Origin: Mayamaea pseudoterrestris
Lineage: Eukaryota
NCBI GenBank assembly: GCA_027923505.1
Contig: BROI01000019.1
Coordinates: forward strand, 496,001 to 560,000
Reading direction: 5' to 3'
DNA: 64,000 nt
Positions 23,609-34,698 of the stretch are shown here, piece after piece (positions within the stretch are counted from its first letter, which is position 1; every line of letters begins with the position of its first letter). The notes beneath the pieces were generated by a model. That model did no database searches and was not told the DNA's origin. It saw only the letters and a list, made by a program, of their open reading frames with translations. The translations under genes and the position numbers were made by a program.

Positions 23609-23914
23609 CTCTGCTTCAGGAAACTCTCAAGGCTGGACTTCTCGCTCTATAAACCATCTTGTCTTGAAGCGGTTTCCTCGTCGGTTGAGTTTCGGCGATT
23701 GGGTTTGGCTGGCGTGCGAACGCACGTATCCAACTACCTTTCAGTGCCGCTTGAAGCAAATCCTCCGCGTGAAAGCCGCTCAAGTCGTGGCAAAATGTCT
23801 GGATTTGAAAAACACCAACGGCAATTCGCTCATCATTCAACTACGAATCAACCAAGCTGCATGGTATGATAACGAGGAGTAAACCATTGCATCATCGCAG
23901 AGTAGCGTAACAAC

Positions 23915-25636
23915 ATGGTGAATCATCATAACCATCATGCAAATTCCTATGGAAGAGTAGCATGGCCGGTTCTATGCTTTGTCTTGATTGTCTTTCTATG
24001 CACGGAGAACGTCTTTCTCTCCTTTGACCATTTTGGCAGCAGGCAATCGACTGTCATGTGCGATCCTTCGTCGCCTACTACTCTGGCAACTACTGCGTCT
24101 GCGTCAATCTATAAATCTCCCTTGATTGATATCGATACTGTGTCTTCGGTGTCGGATGCAGAACCTGAAATTGATTCAGTAGCTTCTGCTGAAACGCCTG
24201 CTACCAGGTCGAACTCTCCTCCGGACATCAACAACGCCACCTCTGTCACAGCAACAAACCCCGCAATTCCATTAGTTACTAAATCACCTACAGAAGTATT
24301 CGCATCCGCATGGGCCGCCCACGAGCTCGAGCAGCTTCACGTTCACGACGACGGATTGCCCGACTTTTTACGCTCCTCCGCCGCTCAGTGGAAAAAAGAG
24401 TTTCTTTCGCTCTTTGCACCATTTGCCATTCACGCGCATCGCCGCAAAGTCATATTGCTTGGACCGCACGATCGATTCAACTTTGGAGATTTGCTCTTTG
24501 AAAAGGTGACGCACTACTTGTTGCGCAACGTGGCCAAGTACTCGACCAAGGATGTGATTGTCGCCGGCATGTTGAATCGCACCGACATGGCCGCGTCGCA
24601 CGATGGACCAAAGGTGATTGTTTCCATCCAGAGTGCTGTGAAAGAGTCTCAACGAGCGACAATGAAGGATTCCACCAAGGGTCCCTACCACATTGTTTAC
24701 TTGGGCGGACAGTGCGCCACAACGAATTGGAACGATGGCTTGATCATGTTTCCCGATGAGCTAAAGCCACAAGTTGCTCAAAATCAATTGGTTGACTGCG
24801 CCTACATGGTTCCAAAGGAGTTGCTGCTGCCAGCAATTTATCGCAATGCTTCCAATGAAACAATGTATGCTCACGATATACAGCAACCAGTCGCCATAGT
24901 CAACAGCATCAATTACGGCAAGAATGGCGACACCCCCTGCGGCGACGCGGTACGCCAGGCCGACTATGCCGCCTTTCGCGACATTACACCCACGCACAAG
25001 GAACTCAAAAAGCAGGCTCGACCTGACTCGGCCGTGCTGACCAACTTTTTGTTTCACGAAACCATTGCCAAGGCGGGAGCCACTGGAGAAGTGTTGCAAA
25101 TACGAAGCAACTTTTCGCAAGGCTACTTGGCGGTGCAAATGAAGGTGGAAACAATCAACAAACTGGGAGTAGACAATATTGCAGCAACGCTGGATGAATT
25201 GTACTATCAGACGCAACTGCCGGCTGTCTTTTTCAGAGCCGGTTCCGTTCCAATGCATGACTCGCTCGAAACAATCAAAGCCATTCGATCCAGAATGACA
25301 ACGCCGTCTGCTACCTTTTACTCGGAGCGCCTTTGGCAAGTGATAGCCTTGATTCGCTACTCGGACGCCGTGCTATCAACGAGTCTACACGTGCGCATCA
25401 TGTCCTTTGTGCATGCCCGTCCGCGCGTCACCTTTTGCGGATCCAAGCACAGGGCGTTCTCCATCCTTTGGGACGCCAAGGATGCCACCCCGTGCGTCGA
25501 AGACTTGGAGAGTGTTGTACCGTCAATGCTGCAAAGCATGGCAACACCAAAAACGAAAACGTACGAGGCTCAACGCAAGGCGATTCAAAGTTACATGGAA
25601 GGCTTTAGAATATATTCGGGGCTATTGAACAAGTAG
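23915..25636 (+). CDS. Polysaccharide pyruvyltransferase-like type II membrane protein
   Basis: N-terminal anchor, S/T/P stem, NFGDLL, GG, FRD, PDSA, SLH motifs. Confidence 0.75.
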   Translation: MVNHHNHHANSYGRVAWPVLCFVLIVFLCTENVFLSFDHFGSRQSTVMCDPSSPTTLATTASASIYKSPLIDIDTVSSVSDAEPEIDSVASAETPATRSNSPPDINNATSVTATNPAIPLVTKSPTEVFASAWAAHELEQLHVHDDGLPDFLRSSAAQWKKEFLSLFAPFAIHAHRRKVILLGPHDRFNFGDLLFEKVTHYLLRNVAKYSTKDVIVAGMLNRTDMAASHDGPKVIVSIQSAVKESQRATMKDSTKGPYHIVYLGGQCATTNWNDGLIMFPDELKPQVAQNQLVDCAYMVPKELLLPAIYRNASNETMYAHDIQQPVAIVNSINYGKNGDTPCGDAVRQADYAAFRDITPTHKELKKQARPDSAVLTNFLFHETIAKAGATGEVLQIRSNFSQGYLAVQMKVETINKLGVDNIAATLDELYYQTQLPAVFFRAGSVPMHDSLETIKAIRSRMTTPSATFYSERLWQVIALIRYSDAVLSTSLHVRIMSFVHARPRVTFCGSKHRAFSILWDAKDATPCVEDLESVVPSMLQSMATPKTKTYEAQRKAIQSYMEGFRIYSGLLNK

Positions 25637-25870
25637 CAGCTATATAATGTTAAAGAACAGTTTAGTCTATCAAATCATTTGTAATTAAACTTTTCGTTCC
25701 ATGCCTCCAGCGGTTGCGAGCCCTCTTTCGGAGCGACTAGCGTTTCGTATTAATCAGCAGGTGCATCGTCGTCTTCGACAAGTTCAGCTGAAGGATCACT
25801 TTCGGCAGCATCCGCATACTCGTCAAAGTCGTCCTCACCCTCTGCAGATGGTTAAAAATAATATTTGTTG

Positions 25871-28708
25871 TCAGTCAGCATTGTTGTCGTCGTTGTCCCC
25901 GCCCGCATCTCCATAAAAATCATCGTCTGTGTCGATATCCTCGTCAAAAGTATCGTCATCGTCACCATCACTCATTAAAGTAATGTGAGAATACGGAGGC
26001 CGATAGTAGTACTCGCTGGAAACTCGTAAAGCTGTTCGACCGTCATCATAGGCAATGGAAACGTCCTGGTTTGGCATGACGCGGGTAATCCTCCCTGGAT
26101 GACATTCTTGATAGTTGGGGCGAAGACAGCTTACAACCTGGTCGCCTTCTAGCAATGGCGCCCGTTTGTGAACGATTTGCTTGTTAACGAGATCCTCAGA
26201 GCCATCGTCATATGAAACAAGGTATGAATCGCTGTATTCGGTGGAGAGAACCGTGCTGGGAAACCAACCTTTCATATACTCATCATCAAAGTAGGTCCAC
26301 GCGTGAGACCCAGATCGTATTTCATTGTCACTTGGCAGTGAACTTTGAAAAGCGCTTTGGCGAATTATTGAGTTTAAACGTGTTGAGAGAGAGTTTCGGA
26401 TTGCCCACCGTATTGGTAGCTTCAAGGTGCTACCTGTCGATGCCCTCTTCGGCAGCGTGAGTTTCCGCCGCGGCAACCGAAGCATTAGTCGCTTCAAGTC
26501 CCATATATGTCGTTGCAATAAACTCGCAAGTGCCGTATCGCGTAAAGGTCCGAATCGAAAGTCGGCAACCAAATAGTCTAGCACTTTTGCCATGTGTGCA
26601 GTATAATCATTGCGTGCTGCAGCGAGTGCAAGGTGAACAATTTCAATCGCTTCTGATTCCGCCATTACTCTCCAGTCGCCACTAATATAGTCTTGTTGAA
26701 GGAATCTGCCGTCGTGACTTGTCGAAGCGCTCTGGACATGGTGCAGCAAGTGTTGCTTCAAACCTGAACTCGCATCAATGTCGAGCGAGGCAAACATTTT
26801 TGAAGCAGTTTCAACGATGGATTGAAATTTGACATTTCCAGGATGAAAATTAAGCCACTGGTCGTACGACCCAAGGAACGTGGCGTCGAAGCGAGAACCA
26901 ATGAGCACATCTTCTTGTGTCGGAAGTGTCGTCGGACCAGCGCTGATCATGGCAGCGTCGATATTTCTTTGAACGCTGGATGAAAATGGGCGCTTCCATA
27001 TTTGTCCATTAATGACGCTCTGACCCCAGGCTGAATGATCTATGTGCATCAACAACAAGAAAGCAGCCGCAGATAAAGTGCAGTACCATAACAAAGTTTG
27101 CCGGAATGATCGTATCACAGACACCTTAGCACCAATAACGCCACCCGGAAAGGCAACAATCCAGCTTATACTCAAAATTGCATAAACTCCGTGCACACCG
27201 AGACAAGCTGCTTTGACGAATGCATACGCATTGTTGATTGTTCCTTGGATAAAGTGCGACCATACAATCTTCTGGGGTGCGTCGTACATAACGTCTCCTC
27301 GCAGCCACATGGGAACCATCAATTCGTCCAGCCGCGGCAAGAAACGATCGTAAAAGTCATCATCCTGCATTTGTCCATTTGCAAATCGCAAATAGCTTGA
27401 CGTTATCAAGTCCCAACCCCAGTTTCGGTTCCATGGCTTCCAAATTGATAAGCAACGTAATATACTCCACGGCTTGCCCATTGTCACATACGGATCCATC
27501 AAGTCAAAGTATGTCATGCCCCACATGCTCCATTTTTGATGAAAGTACGTTCCACGCGCCAGCATGCGCGGATCCTTCGGCTTGGGTCTCGCCAGAAACG
27601 ACAAGATAAAGACGATGCGTTCCGGTGCATTTGGATCAACGTGCGCACCGCCGCGATGCCAAACATGTTGATTGAAGAGAGCGCCGTATCCAGCTGGAAA
27701 CACTCCATCTGACATGGCATCCGTCAGGTGAACGCCATGACCTTCGCAAAGAATCGAAATGTCATTTCCGCAGTATTGCGTCCCTGGTGCAAAGTCGGTA
27801 ATGCCCATGTCCGTCGTTGTATTTTGGAGTGGCACAAAGATGGAATAGGAATGCGCGTAGGTGCGCGCGTAGAACAAGGCGTTACCGACCGCCTTTGTAT
27901 CCGAGTGCCATAGTTGCGGTGGACAGCCATAGGAGCAAGTAATGGCAGTAATTTCTGCAGACGCCGGATCGTAGTCGCCGAGGATGGTTGTAATCATGCT
28001 TCGAAAGGTCGGATTGATTGTAATCATTTTTACGGCATGCGCCACGGCAGCATCCTCCGTCGGCTCAATGCCGTAGCTGATTCGGTGTTCACCTTGCGAT
28101 ACAGGATATGCTTCTGCTTCTGTGACTTGAGCGTTTCGTTGCTGAATATAGTTTCGCAAATCCGTCGCCTCGTCTGGCGACAGCAAGTCGGGGAATATCA
28201 TGGCGCCATGCGTCATGAATCGCTCCAAGTTGGAGTTTGTGGAAGCACGGGAGTCAACGAGAAGAAGTTCGTCGAGATTTGAGGTACGCGTCGCCGTCAA
28301 GTCGTAGGCGTTGCAGTCTCGCTTGTAGTAAGTGAACTCCTCCAGCAACTGCTCGTCTGTTCGCTCGGCTTGTTCGTATAGTATTCGAAAGTACTTGTCG
28401 TGAACATGACGTACACTGTACATGATTAGAAACGTTGTGAATGCAAGTAGAAGCGGCAAATCAATGAAGAAAAGACGAAGGAAGCGTAAAAGCACGGTGC
28501 GTTTGGATAATGTTGATCTGGGGCGGTTCAAACCGGGGCTTCGTCGAGCAGCGGCGGCATTTATGGACTGGCCAGTATTTTTAGTTCCATCAAAGTGAGA
28601 TGAGTTAGCTTTTCCATTTGCCCTCTCGCTATTCTTCATCTCGCCTGCCAAAGGGTTGCCAGGTGTTGAGGATGTGGAAACGGATGCGCATGTTGTTTGC
28701 TCGGCCAT
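25871..28708 (-). CDS. Membrane-anchored PhyH-like Fe(II)/2OG dioxygenase fused to DUF6824-like and tandem Tudor-like domains
   Basis: Q.WHSD, FVPLQ, G.T.F.PGT, WHRGGAH; DVLIG...HPGN...GRFL; two 'V/I.YDDG' modules at the C-terminus; start codon uncertain. Confidence 0.75.
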   Translation of the reverse strand: MAEQTTCASVSTSSTPGNPLAGEMKNSERANGKANSSHFDGTKNTGQSINAAAARRSPGLNRPRSTLSKRTVLLRFLRLFFIDLPLLLAFTTFLIMYSVRHVHDKYFRILYEQAERTDEQLLEEFTYYKRDCNAYDLTATRTSNLDELLLVDSRASTNSNLERFMTHGAMIFPDLLSPDEATDLRNYIQQRNAQVTEAEAYPVSQGEHRISYGIEPTEDAAVAHAVKMITINPTFRSMITTILGDYDPASAEITAITCSYGCPPQLWHSDTKAVGNALFYARTYAHSYSIFVPLQNTTTDMGITDFAPGTQYCGNDISILCEGHGVHLTDAMSDGVFPAGYGALFNQHVWHRGGAHVDPNAPERIVFILSFLARPKPKDPRMLARGTYFHQKWSMWGMTYFDLMDPYVTMGKPWSILRCLSIWKPWNRNWGWDLITSSYLRFANGQMQDDDFYDRFLPRLDELMVPMWLRGDVMYDAPQKIVWSHFIQGTINNAYAFVKAACLGVHGVYAILSISWIVAFPGGVIGAKVSVIRSFRQTLLWYCTLSAAAFLLLMHIDHSAWGQSVINGQIWKRPFSSSVQRNIDAAMISAGPTTLPTQEDVLIGSRFDATFLGSYDQWLNFHPGNVKFQSIVETASKMFASLDIDASSGLKQHLLHHVQSASTSHDGRFLQQDYISGDWRVMAESEAIEIVHLALAAARNDYTAHMAKVLDYLVADFRFGPLRDTALASLLQRHIWDLKRLMLRLPRRKLTLPKRASTGSTLKLPIRWAIRNSLSTRLNSIIRQSAFQSSLPSDNEIRSGSHAWTYFDDEYMKGWFPSTVLSTEYSDSYLVSYDDGSEDLVNKQIVHKRAPLLEGDQVVSCLRPNYQECHPGRITRVMPNQDVSIAYDDGRTALRVSSEYYYRPPYSHITLMSDGDDDDTFDEDIDTDDDFYGDAGGDNDDNNAD

Positions 28709-29006
28709 GATGTGAGGTGGCTTTGACCAGTTCACTCTCGTACATGCATCCAAACTGTTAATGATCTCTTTTGACAGCAGACTGCATGTGTGAAAGAACC
28801 TAGGATGCAAGTGGAGACTGATGATGAAACTGACCTTCGCCATCGTCCGTTTCGCAAAATGCAGCTGTGTCGCACTGGAAACCTGTGCGACGCTTGCTAG
28901 GTTTCTCGATCGACGGAACAACTCCGCAAAGGAAACGTGGTCTTCCCGCAAGCTTTCGGAGATGCCGCGATGGAGATATATATAACCTCTCTCCCATTAT
29001 ACGAAG

Positions 29007-30527
29007 ATGACGATGAAGAAAGCAGTGAGTTTTCTTGTGTTCATGCAGCTGTCGCTGACAGCCAACGCGTTTACGGTTTGTCGCATTGCTCCTGCCGCGC
29101 CAACGTCCCTTTCCGCAACAGAGGGATTCTCGATATTCGAGTATGCAAACGCTGGCAGCGCTTCTGCCGCCAAGTTTGACATTGAGCCATATCTCGAGAA
29201 AGCTGCTCGTGAGGATGCCTTGTTCAAAACGGATCCAAGTGCCTTCTTTTGGCGTTACCTAAAACCCCAGGACGAACGGGAGGGCCGCAAGTTGCTGGCG
29301 GACTTCTTCACAAGCGTCATGTTAACCGCAAATCCAACGCAACGTGCCGTTTGGACCACTTTCTTCGTGCGAACGGCATTCTTTGGTGCCAATGCAGCCG
29401 CGGCAAACGTTTTGGCGAACCGAAAGAGCGCATCCATCATGGTTGGCGACTTGGACCTTTCCTTTCAGCTATATGAGATGGTCAAGTGCTATGAGCAAGA
29501 GCTCAAGTACATTGAGGACGGTAGCATCAAATATCCGTGGGACTTCATCGTGCAAAAGCCGACACGATTCCAGCCAGTCCGCATTCAGTGGAAGCATAAG
29601 CAAACGAATCCACTATTCGCCCTTCAGGAAAGTATGCGACTCCTTGTTGAAGCTCCTGCCATTATGGAGCGGCTTGCCAAGTACAATGGCAAACCTGCCG
29701 GAACCGTTCCAGTCCAGCGTAAAGGAGCATCACTGTACCCAAAGTACTATTTGAACGACTTTCATTATCAAACCGATGGATGGCTCTCTGCTGAAAGTGC
29801 CAAGCGTTACGAAGTGAGCACGGAAACAATCATGTTTGGTACACAAGATACCATGCAGCGACAGACCTTGCTTCCGCTAATGTCAAAATATCGGGGCAAC
29901 AGTTTTACTCAGAGTGCAAGTGCGGAGGCCAACGGACCGTCAAGCATTCTTGAAGTTGCATGCGGGACTGGACGATTCTCAACCTTTGTGCGAGACAACT
30001 TTCCCGCCTCTAGCGTCACTCTTACTGACCTTTCACCCTTTTATTTGGAGAAATCAATGGAGAATGACCGCTACTGGCGCGACTTTCGAGGCCGTGAAGC
30101 CATGCTCGAGTCAACTGGCGATCCTTCCATGCCAGCACCCGCTCAAGTGATTCAGACCAATGCGGAAACCTTGCCATTCCTGGATAATACTTTTGATGCT
30201 GTGCTCTGTGTCTACTTGTTTCATGAGATTCCTGGACCAGCGCGTAAGAATGTTGCCCGCGAAATGGCTCGAGTGGTTAAACCGGGAGGCATTGTGGTGC
30301 TGAGCGACTCGATTCAGACTGGAGATCGCAAGATGTACGGAAACAGCCTCGACGCCTTTAGCAAACTGAATGAACCTCACTACATTGGATATCAACGGGC
30401 TGATCTTCCAGCCCTGTTTACAAGTTGTGGACTGGAATGCCATGAGAAGTATGTTAATTTGCGCACCAAGACTTTGTCATTTGTCAAGCCAAAGCATGAG
30501 ACAAAGGTGGTACTTGGTGAACAGTAA
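29007..30527 (+). CDS. Plastid-targeted class I SAM-dependent methyltransferase, paralog 1
   Basis: Signal ending ANA-F; YYLNDFHYQTDGWLS, LEVACGTGR, DLSPFYL, YLFHE, RVVKPGG. Confidence 0.9.
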   Translation: MTMKKAVSFLVFMQLSLTANAFTVCRIAPAAPTSLSATEGFSIFEYANAGSASAAKFDIEPYLEKAAREDALFKTDPSAFFWRYLKPQDEREGRKLLADFFTSVMLTANPTQRAVWTTFFVRTAFFGANAAAANVLANRKSASIMVGDLDLSFQLYEMVKCYEQELKYIEDGSIKYPWDFIVQKPTRFQPVRIQWKHKQTNPLFALQESMRLLVEAPAIMERLAKYNGKPAGTVPVQRKGASLYPKYYLNDFHYQTDGWLSAESAKRYEVSTETIMFGTQDTMQRQTLLPLMSKYRGNSFTQSASAEANGPSSILEVACGTGRFSTFVRDNFPASSVTLTDLSPFYLEKSMENDRYWRDFRGREAMLESTGDPSMPAPAQVIQTNAETLPFLDNTFDAVLCVYLFHEIPGPARKNVAREMARVVKPGGIVVLSDSIQTGDRKMYGNSLDAFSKLNEPHYIGYQRADLPALFTSCGLECHEKYVNLRTKTLSFVKPKHETKVVLGEQ

Positions 30528-30799
30528 TGACCAATTTATCATATAAATGATGCCGTGAGCTAAACAGGTAATTGTAACTGTAGTAGGCACTAGCATAAAG
30601 TCAGCTAGCTATGCTTTGCTTTGCTTTGCTTTGCTTTGGGTTGGGATAGCTGCTTGGCCACGCACGATGTCGCACCAACGATCAGTAACGGAGCGACAAG
30701 TCACCTCGATTGACGTGGAGGTTTCTTTCGTTCGAAACGAGTCCTTCGCCGATTTTGGTCGTTCAACCAACATCCACATCTACTACTGTACTGGTGACT

Positions 30800-32329
30800 A
30801 TGGTGGCTTTCCGTCTCCTTTTACTGCTTGAAGTAATTCATGGAGCTAGTGGATTCACGCTGGGGCAGAGACTACAGAGGCAGAGGGCTTTGCATGCGAC
30901 GTTAACTGAAGATTATGCTGACGTGAAGAAGGATGATGTCGCTCCTCTTTCGACGACGACGGCGCCCGCACCATCTATAGACTCTTCGTCGTCTTTCAAG
31001 AAACCATTCGACATTCAGACATTTATAGACAAGGCTGCTCGTGAAGATAGACTATTTAGAACGGATACAAGTGTCCACTTTTGGAGGGATTTTGCTTCGA
31101 AAGGAAGGCAGGAGAATTTTCGCCTCATTACCACCTTCTTTACGCAAACCTTGCCATCAACCAGCCCACTGCAACGAGCAGTTTGGACAACCTTTCTGGC
31201 TCGGGCCGGATTCTTCGGTGCAAATGCCGTCGCTGGAAATCTGCTAGCTGAACGGCGCGGAGCGTCGTCAATGTTTGGTGAAATGGACATATCATTTAGA
31301 ATACTGGAGCTGATCAAATGCTACGAGCAAGAGCTAAAATATATCGAGAATGGAGTGATAAAGTATCCGTGGGACTATATTGTGCAGAAACCAACCGACA
31401 CGCAACCATTTCGTATCCAATGGGGCCATCGACAGACCAATCCATTCTTTGCGCTCGACGAAAGTCTGCGCCTCATTCGCGAGGCACCAGCAATTTGGGA
31501 ACGGCGCACTCAATTTCAAGGCAAACCGAGTGGAAATGTTCCAGCTCCACCGTATGCTGACAATATTACCTACCCTCGCTATTACTTGAACGATTTCCAT
31601 TACCAAACTGATGGTTGGCTGTCAGCGGAGAGCGCCAAGCGGTATGAGATGAGTTCTGAGACTATCTTTTTTGGATCACAAGACGTGATGCAAAGACAAA
31701 CCTTGTTGCCCTTGGTTTCACAAGCTCGAACTGCACCGACACATCAGTGTATTGACCGAAATGGGCCTGCGAGTATTCTAGAAGTTGCTTGTGGAACCGG
31801 TCGGTTCTCAACCTTTGTCCGCGACCAATTTCCTGCAGCAAATCTTACATTGACGGACTTGTCTCCATACTACCTTGACAAGGCAAGTGAGAACGATCGA
31901 TACTGGCGAGAATACAGGGGACGCGAGGCGATGAAGGAGTCTACAGGCATTCTAAAGTCGCCGGCGCCGGCTCGCATCGTTCAGGCCAATGCCGAGTCGT
32001 TGCCTTTCCCTGACGATTCCTTTGATGCAGTCCTTTGCGTGTACTTGTTCCACGAACTCCCTCTGCCGGCTCGAAGAAAAGCTGCTCAAGAGATGGCAAG
32101 GGTAGTAAAACCAGGTGGCATGGTAGTGTTGACCGACTCTATTCAAATTGGTGACCGAATCGCCTTTGGAAACGTTTTGGACAACTTTACGAAATTCAAC
32201 GAGCCACACTATGTGAGCTACCAGCGAGATGATCTAGCGGCACTCTTTACTGAACGTGGACTAGAGTGTGACGAAAAGCATGTCAATTCGCGTACAAAGA
32301 CATTGTCCTTTATCAAGCCGAAACGTTAG
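30800..32329 (+). CDS. Plastid-targeted class I SAM-dependent methyltransferase, paralog 2
   Basis: Signal ending ASG-F; same motifs as paralog 1 and colinear with it. Confidence 0.9.
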   Translation: MVAFRLLLLLEVIHGASGFTLGQRLQRQRALHATLTEDYADVKKDDVAPLSTTTAPAPSIDSSSSFKKPFDIQTFIDKAAREDRLFRTDTSVHFWRDFASKGRQENFRLITTFFTQTLPSTSPLQRAVWTTFLARAGFFGANAVAGNLLAERRGASSMFGEMDISFRILELIKCYEQELKYIENGVIKYPWDYIVQKPTDTQPFRIQWGHRQTNPFFALDESLRLIREAPAIWERRTQFQGKPSGNVPAPPYADNITYPRYYLNDFHYQTDGWLSAESAKRYEMSSETIFFGSQDVMQRQTLLPLVSQARTAPTHQCIDRNGPASILEVACGTGRFSTFVRDQFPAANLTLTDLSPYYLDKASENDRYWREYRGREAMKESTGILKSPAPARIVQANAESLPFPDDSFDAVLCVYLFHELPLPARRKAAQEMARVVKPGGMVVLTDSIQIGDRIAFGNVLDNFTKFNEPHYVSYQRDDLAALFTERGLECDEKHVNSRTKTLSFIKPKR

Positions 32330-32719
32330 TAGTTGAGTGCGATTGACGCGACCAAGAGAGTTGCTCCGCTCCGTCCTTTGTAAACTAGTTAGAAGAATTT
32401 GCACAAAATAAAAATATGCACTGGAGTACTGTGACCATAATATATTGAGATAGCTCGCACATTTGCTGAGAAATGCATACAACTCGCAAATGGGAACTTA
32501 TCGGTACTCCTGAGGTGTTTCGGACGTTAATAGCCTGTTGGATTCATGCATAGAGTCGACGCCAGAATCGCTGGATTACCTCCTACGCCAGTTACTCTGG
32601 CCGATCATGCCTATGGTTAATTCTTTGAGATTTAAAGTAGTCTGGTTTAACTGTTTATGTCGCTTATGATAACGTAGTTTAACTAATTTACAATGCACTA
32701 AGAGAGTCTGTCAAATGTT

Positions 32720-33538
32720 TCACACCGATGTATTGCTCATGCCTTCAATATTCGAAATGTGATGGCAGCAAGTGCAGTACACAGCCTTGGCCGAAGCAGG
32801 TACCTGTAATGCCCTTTTGCATGCTAGACAGTTTATAATGGTAGATGCTCCAGACTCGATGGCCTTGTACGTTTGGTCCGTACCTCGAACGACAAACTTT
32901 CTCCGTCCAATCTTCGCGTAGTGATCAGGACATGTAACGCTTCTCCGAAGCTCGTCTTTCGGAAGGATTACTTCGTCGTGCTCAAGAGATGGATTGGTCT
33001 TGCCTGTAGGAGGCAAACAAGGTCGCACAATCTGATTTTTGGCAGATCGTCCAAGCTCTTTGGACGAGGTAGAATCTGACTCACTCTTGCTGCCCTCCTT
33101 GTTGCAAGCTTGCTTGGTCTGCTCAAGCTCCTTTTTACGTTGAAACCTTTCCAGCAGCCTTCGCTGCGCATTCATAACGTCCATGTCATTCAAATCATCC
33201 TTTTCTGAACTTGTTATAACGCAAGGAGCGCTTGGAACACTCACGAAGGCTACTGGCGGCAAATCGAATTCGGCACATTTCGGTCCAGCAGAAACACTTC
33301 TTCTCAGCTCATTCTCTCGTTCAATCTCTTGAAGTATAGCAATCTGCGATTGTATAAAGCTGTCGCTGACTCCGAGCTCGTTGTTGTCGTTGCTTTCTGG
33401 AGCTTCCGAAGGCGATTGAAACTGGGCCGAGTCGGACATGGACGTTGGATAATTTATGAAAGGCACAAGCAACGACGAGTCTGTCGAAGATGAACGCAAT
33501 GTCTCTAATCTCAGTTGCATGTCACTGTTGCTTTCCAT
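32720..33538 (-). CDS. Hypothetical protein with a C-terminal CxxC...CxxC zinc-ribbon-like motif
   Basis: 272-aa ORF; CLAC...VYCTCC. Confidence 0.65.
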   Translation of the reverse strand: MESNSDMQLRLETLRSSSTDSSLLVPFINYPTSMSDSAQFQSPSEAPESNDNNELGVSDSFIQSQIAILQEIERENELRRSVSAGPKCAEFDLPPVAFVSVPSAPCVITSSEKDDLNDMDVMNAQRRLLERFQRKKELEQTKQACNKEGSKSESDSTSSKELGRSAKNQIVRPCLPPTGKTNPSLEHDEVILPKDELRRSVTCPDHYAKIGRRKFVVRGTDQTYKAIESGASTIINCLACKRALQVPASAKAVYCTCCHHISNIEGMSNTSV

Positions 33539-34698
33539 GCCAACTCGAGCAAGTCTTTTTAATGATGAGTATTGACTTGGTCGTTGCCGTGTGACCCTCT
33601 CTTGTTGAACGCGAAAAGTGCACAGAGATTCGAAATCAAACGACTTTTCAATCTCTCACGTGGCTCCTACGACGGTTTTGTACCAGTGCTTGATGTCACT
33701 ATCTTGGGATTCAAACGCTCCGCCGAGACGCCAGATCGCGACGAGAATCAGTTCCCATCGAAACAGGTGACAGTGAAAGGCGAACCTTATGGGTTCGCAT
33801 CCGTCAGATTGATGTCCAAGGCTTCACCATCAACTATTGCCTGTGCCGACTTGATGAACCAGTGAGAATCAACGCATAACTTTTCAGTCCCACGCAACAT
33901 TCAAGATCGTCGCCGAAAAGCAAGGCAAGAAAAAAGTTCGTCCGTGATCATATTCCACATGATCATGGCCGCAATGCAACTTGACGCGTCGCCATCCTTT
34001 TGCAGGCGCGATCGGGGTTCACGTGACGGAACGAGGCGCTGCATAATTAGCCCTTCGTCTCATATGAGTGGAAAGGCCTGCCGGAACCCTGTATAGTGCA
34101 CGAGGAGTTCACCTAAAGGGCAGCTATGTATTAGTTGGTATGGAAATTGGCATCTTCGGCAACGTAAGGCGCGATTGTGTGCTGCTATGATAGAGTCAAC
34201 GACGATGAATAGTTCACGGGCAAATGTAGCTACTGCGGCATCCGTCATTGACGCTGCGACGAGTCAATCAAGAATCACACCGGTACATGAGCCACCATTG
34301 GGAGCACTGCGCGCCGATGAACGCAAGTTTTGCTGCTTGCTGCGCCGTCAACCTGATATGAGCAGCGAGTTCTTGTTTCTACTACTAACAAGTACTCTCT
34401 ACTAATAATACACTACAGCAAGGCTAAACTTGTCGGACAGGCATCAGCTGTTTTCGATTCGCTCGTCAAAATTTTGCAGTGTCGTCGCGTGCTGGCAGTC
34501 ATCTGCCATCCCATTAGCCCCTCATCTTTTCGCAAGGGTGCTCTTAAGATACGTTTAACAAGCGCAAAAGTATATACATATCAAGGATTCAGTATCAATT
34601 GAATTTTAGTCGACGCGATCACACTTTGAATCGGACATTTGACTTGCTACTTGCATCGCGCACTCGCATTGAACGCCAAGTACTAGTCTTTAATCATC

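Noticed and set aside
33540..34698. ORFs and CACGTG/TGACG motifs upstream of the DUF6824 gene
   Set aside because: ORFs are featureless, and the short motifs are expected by chance in CpG-rich DNA
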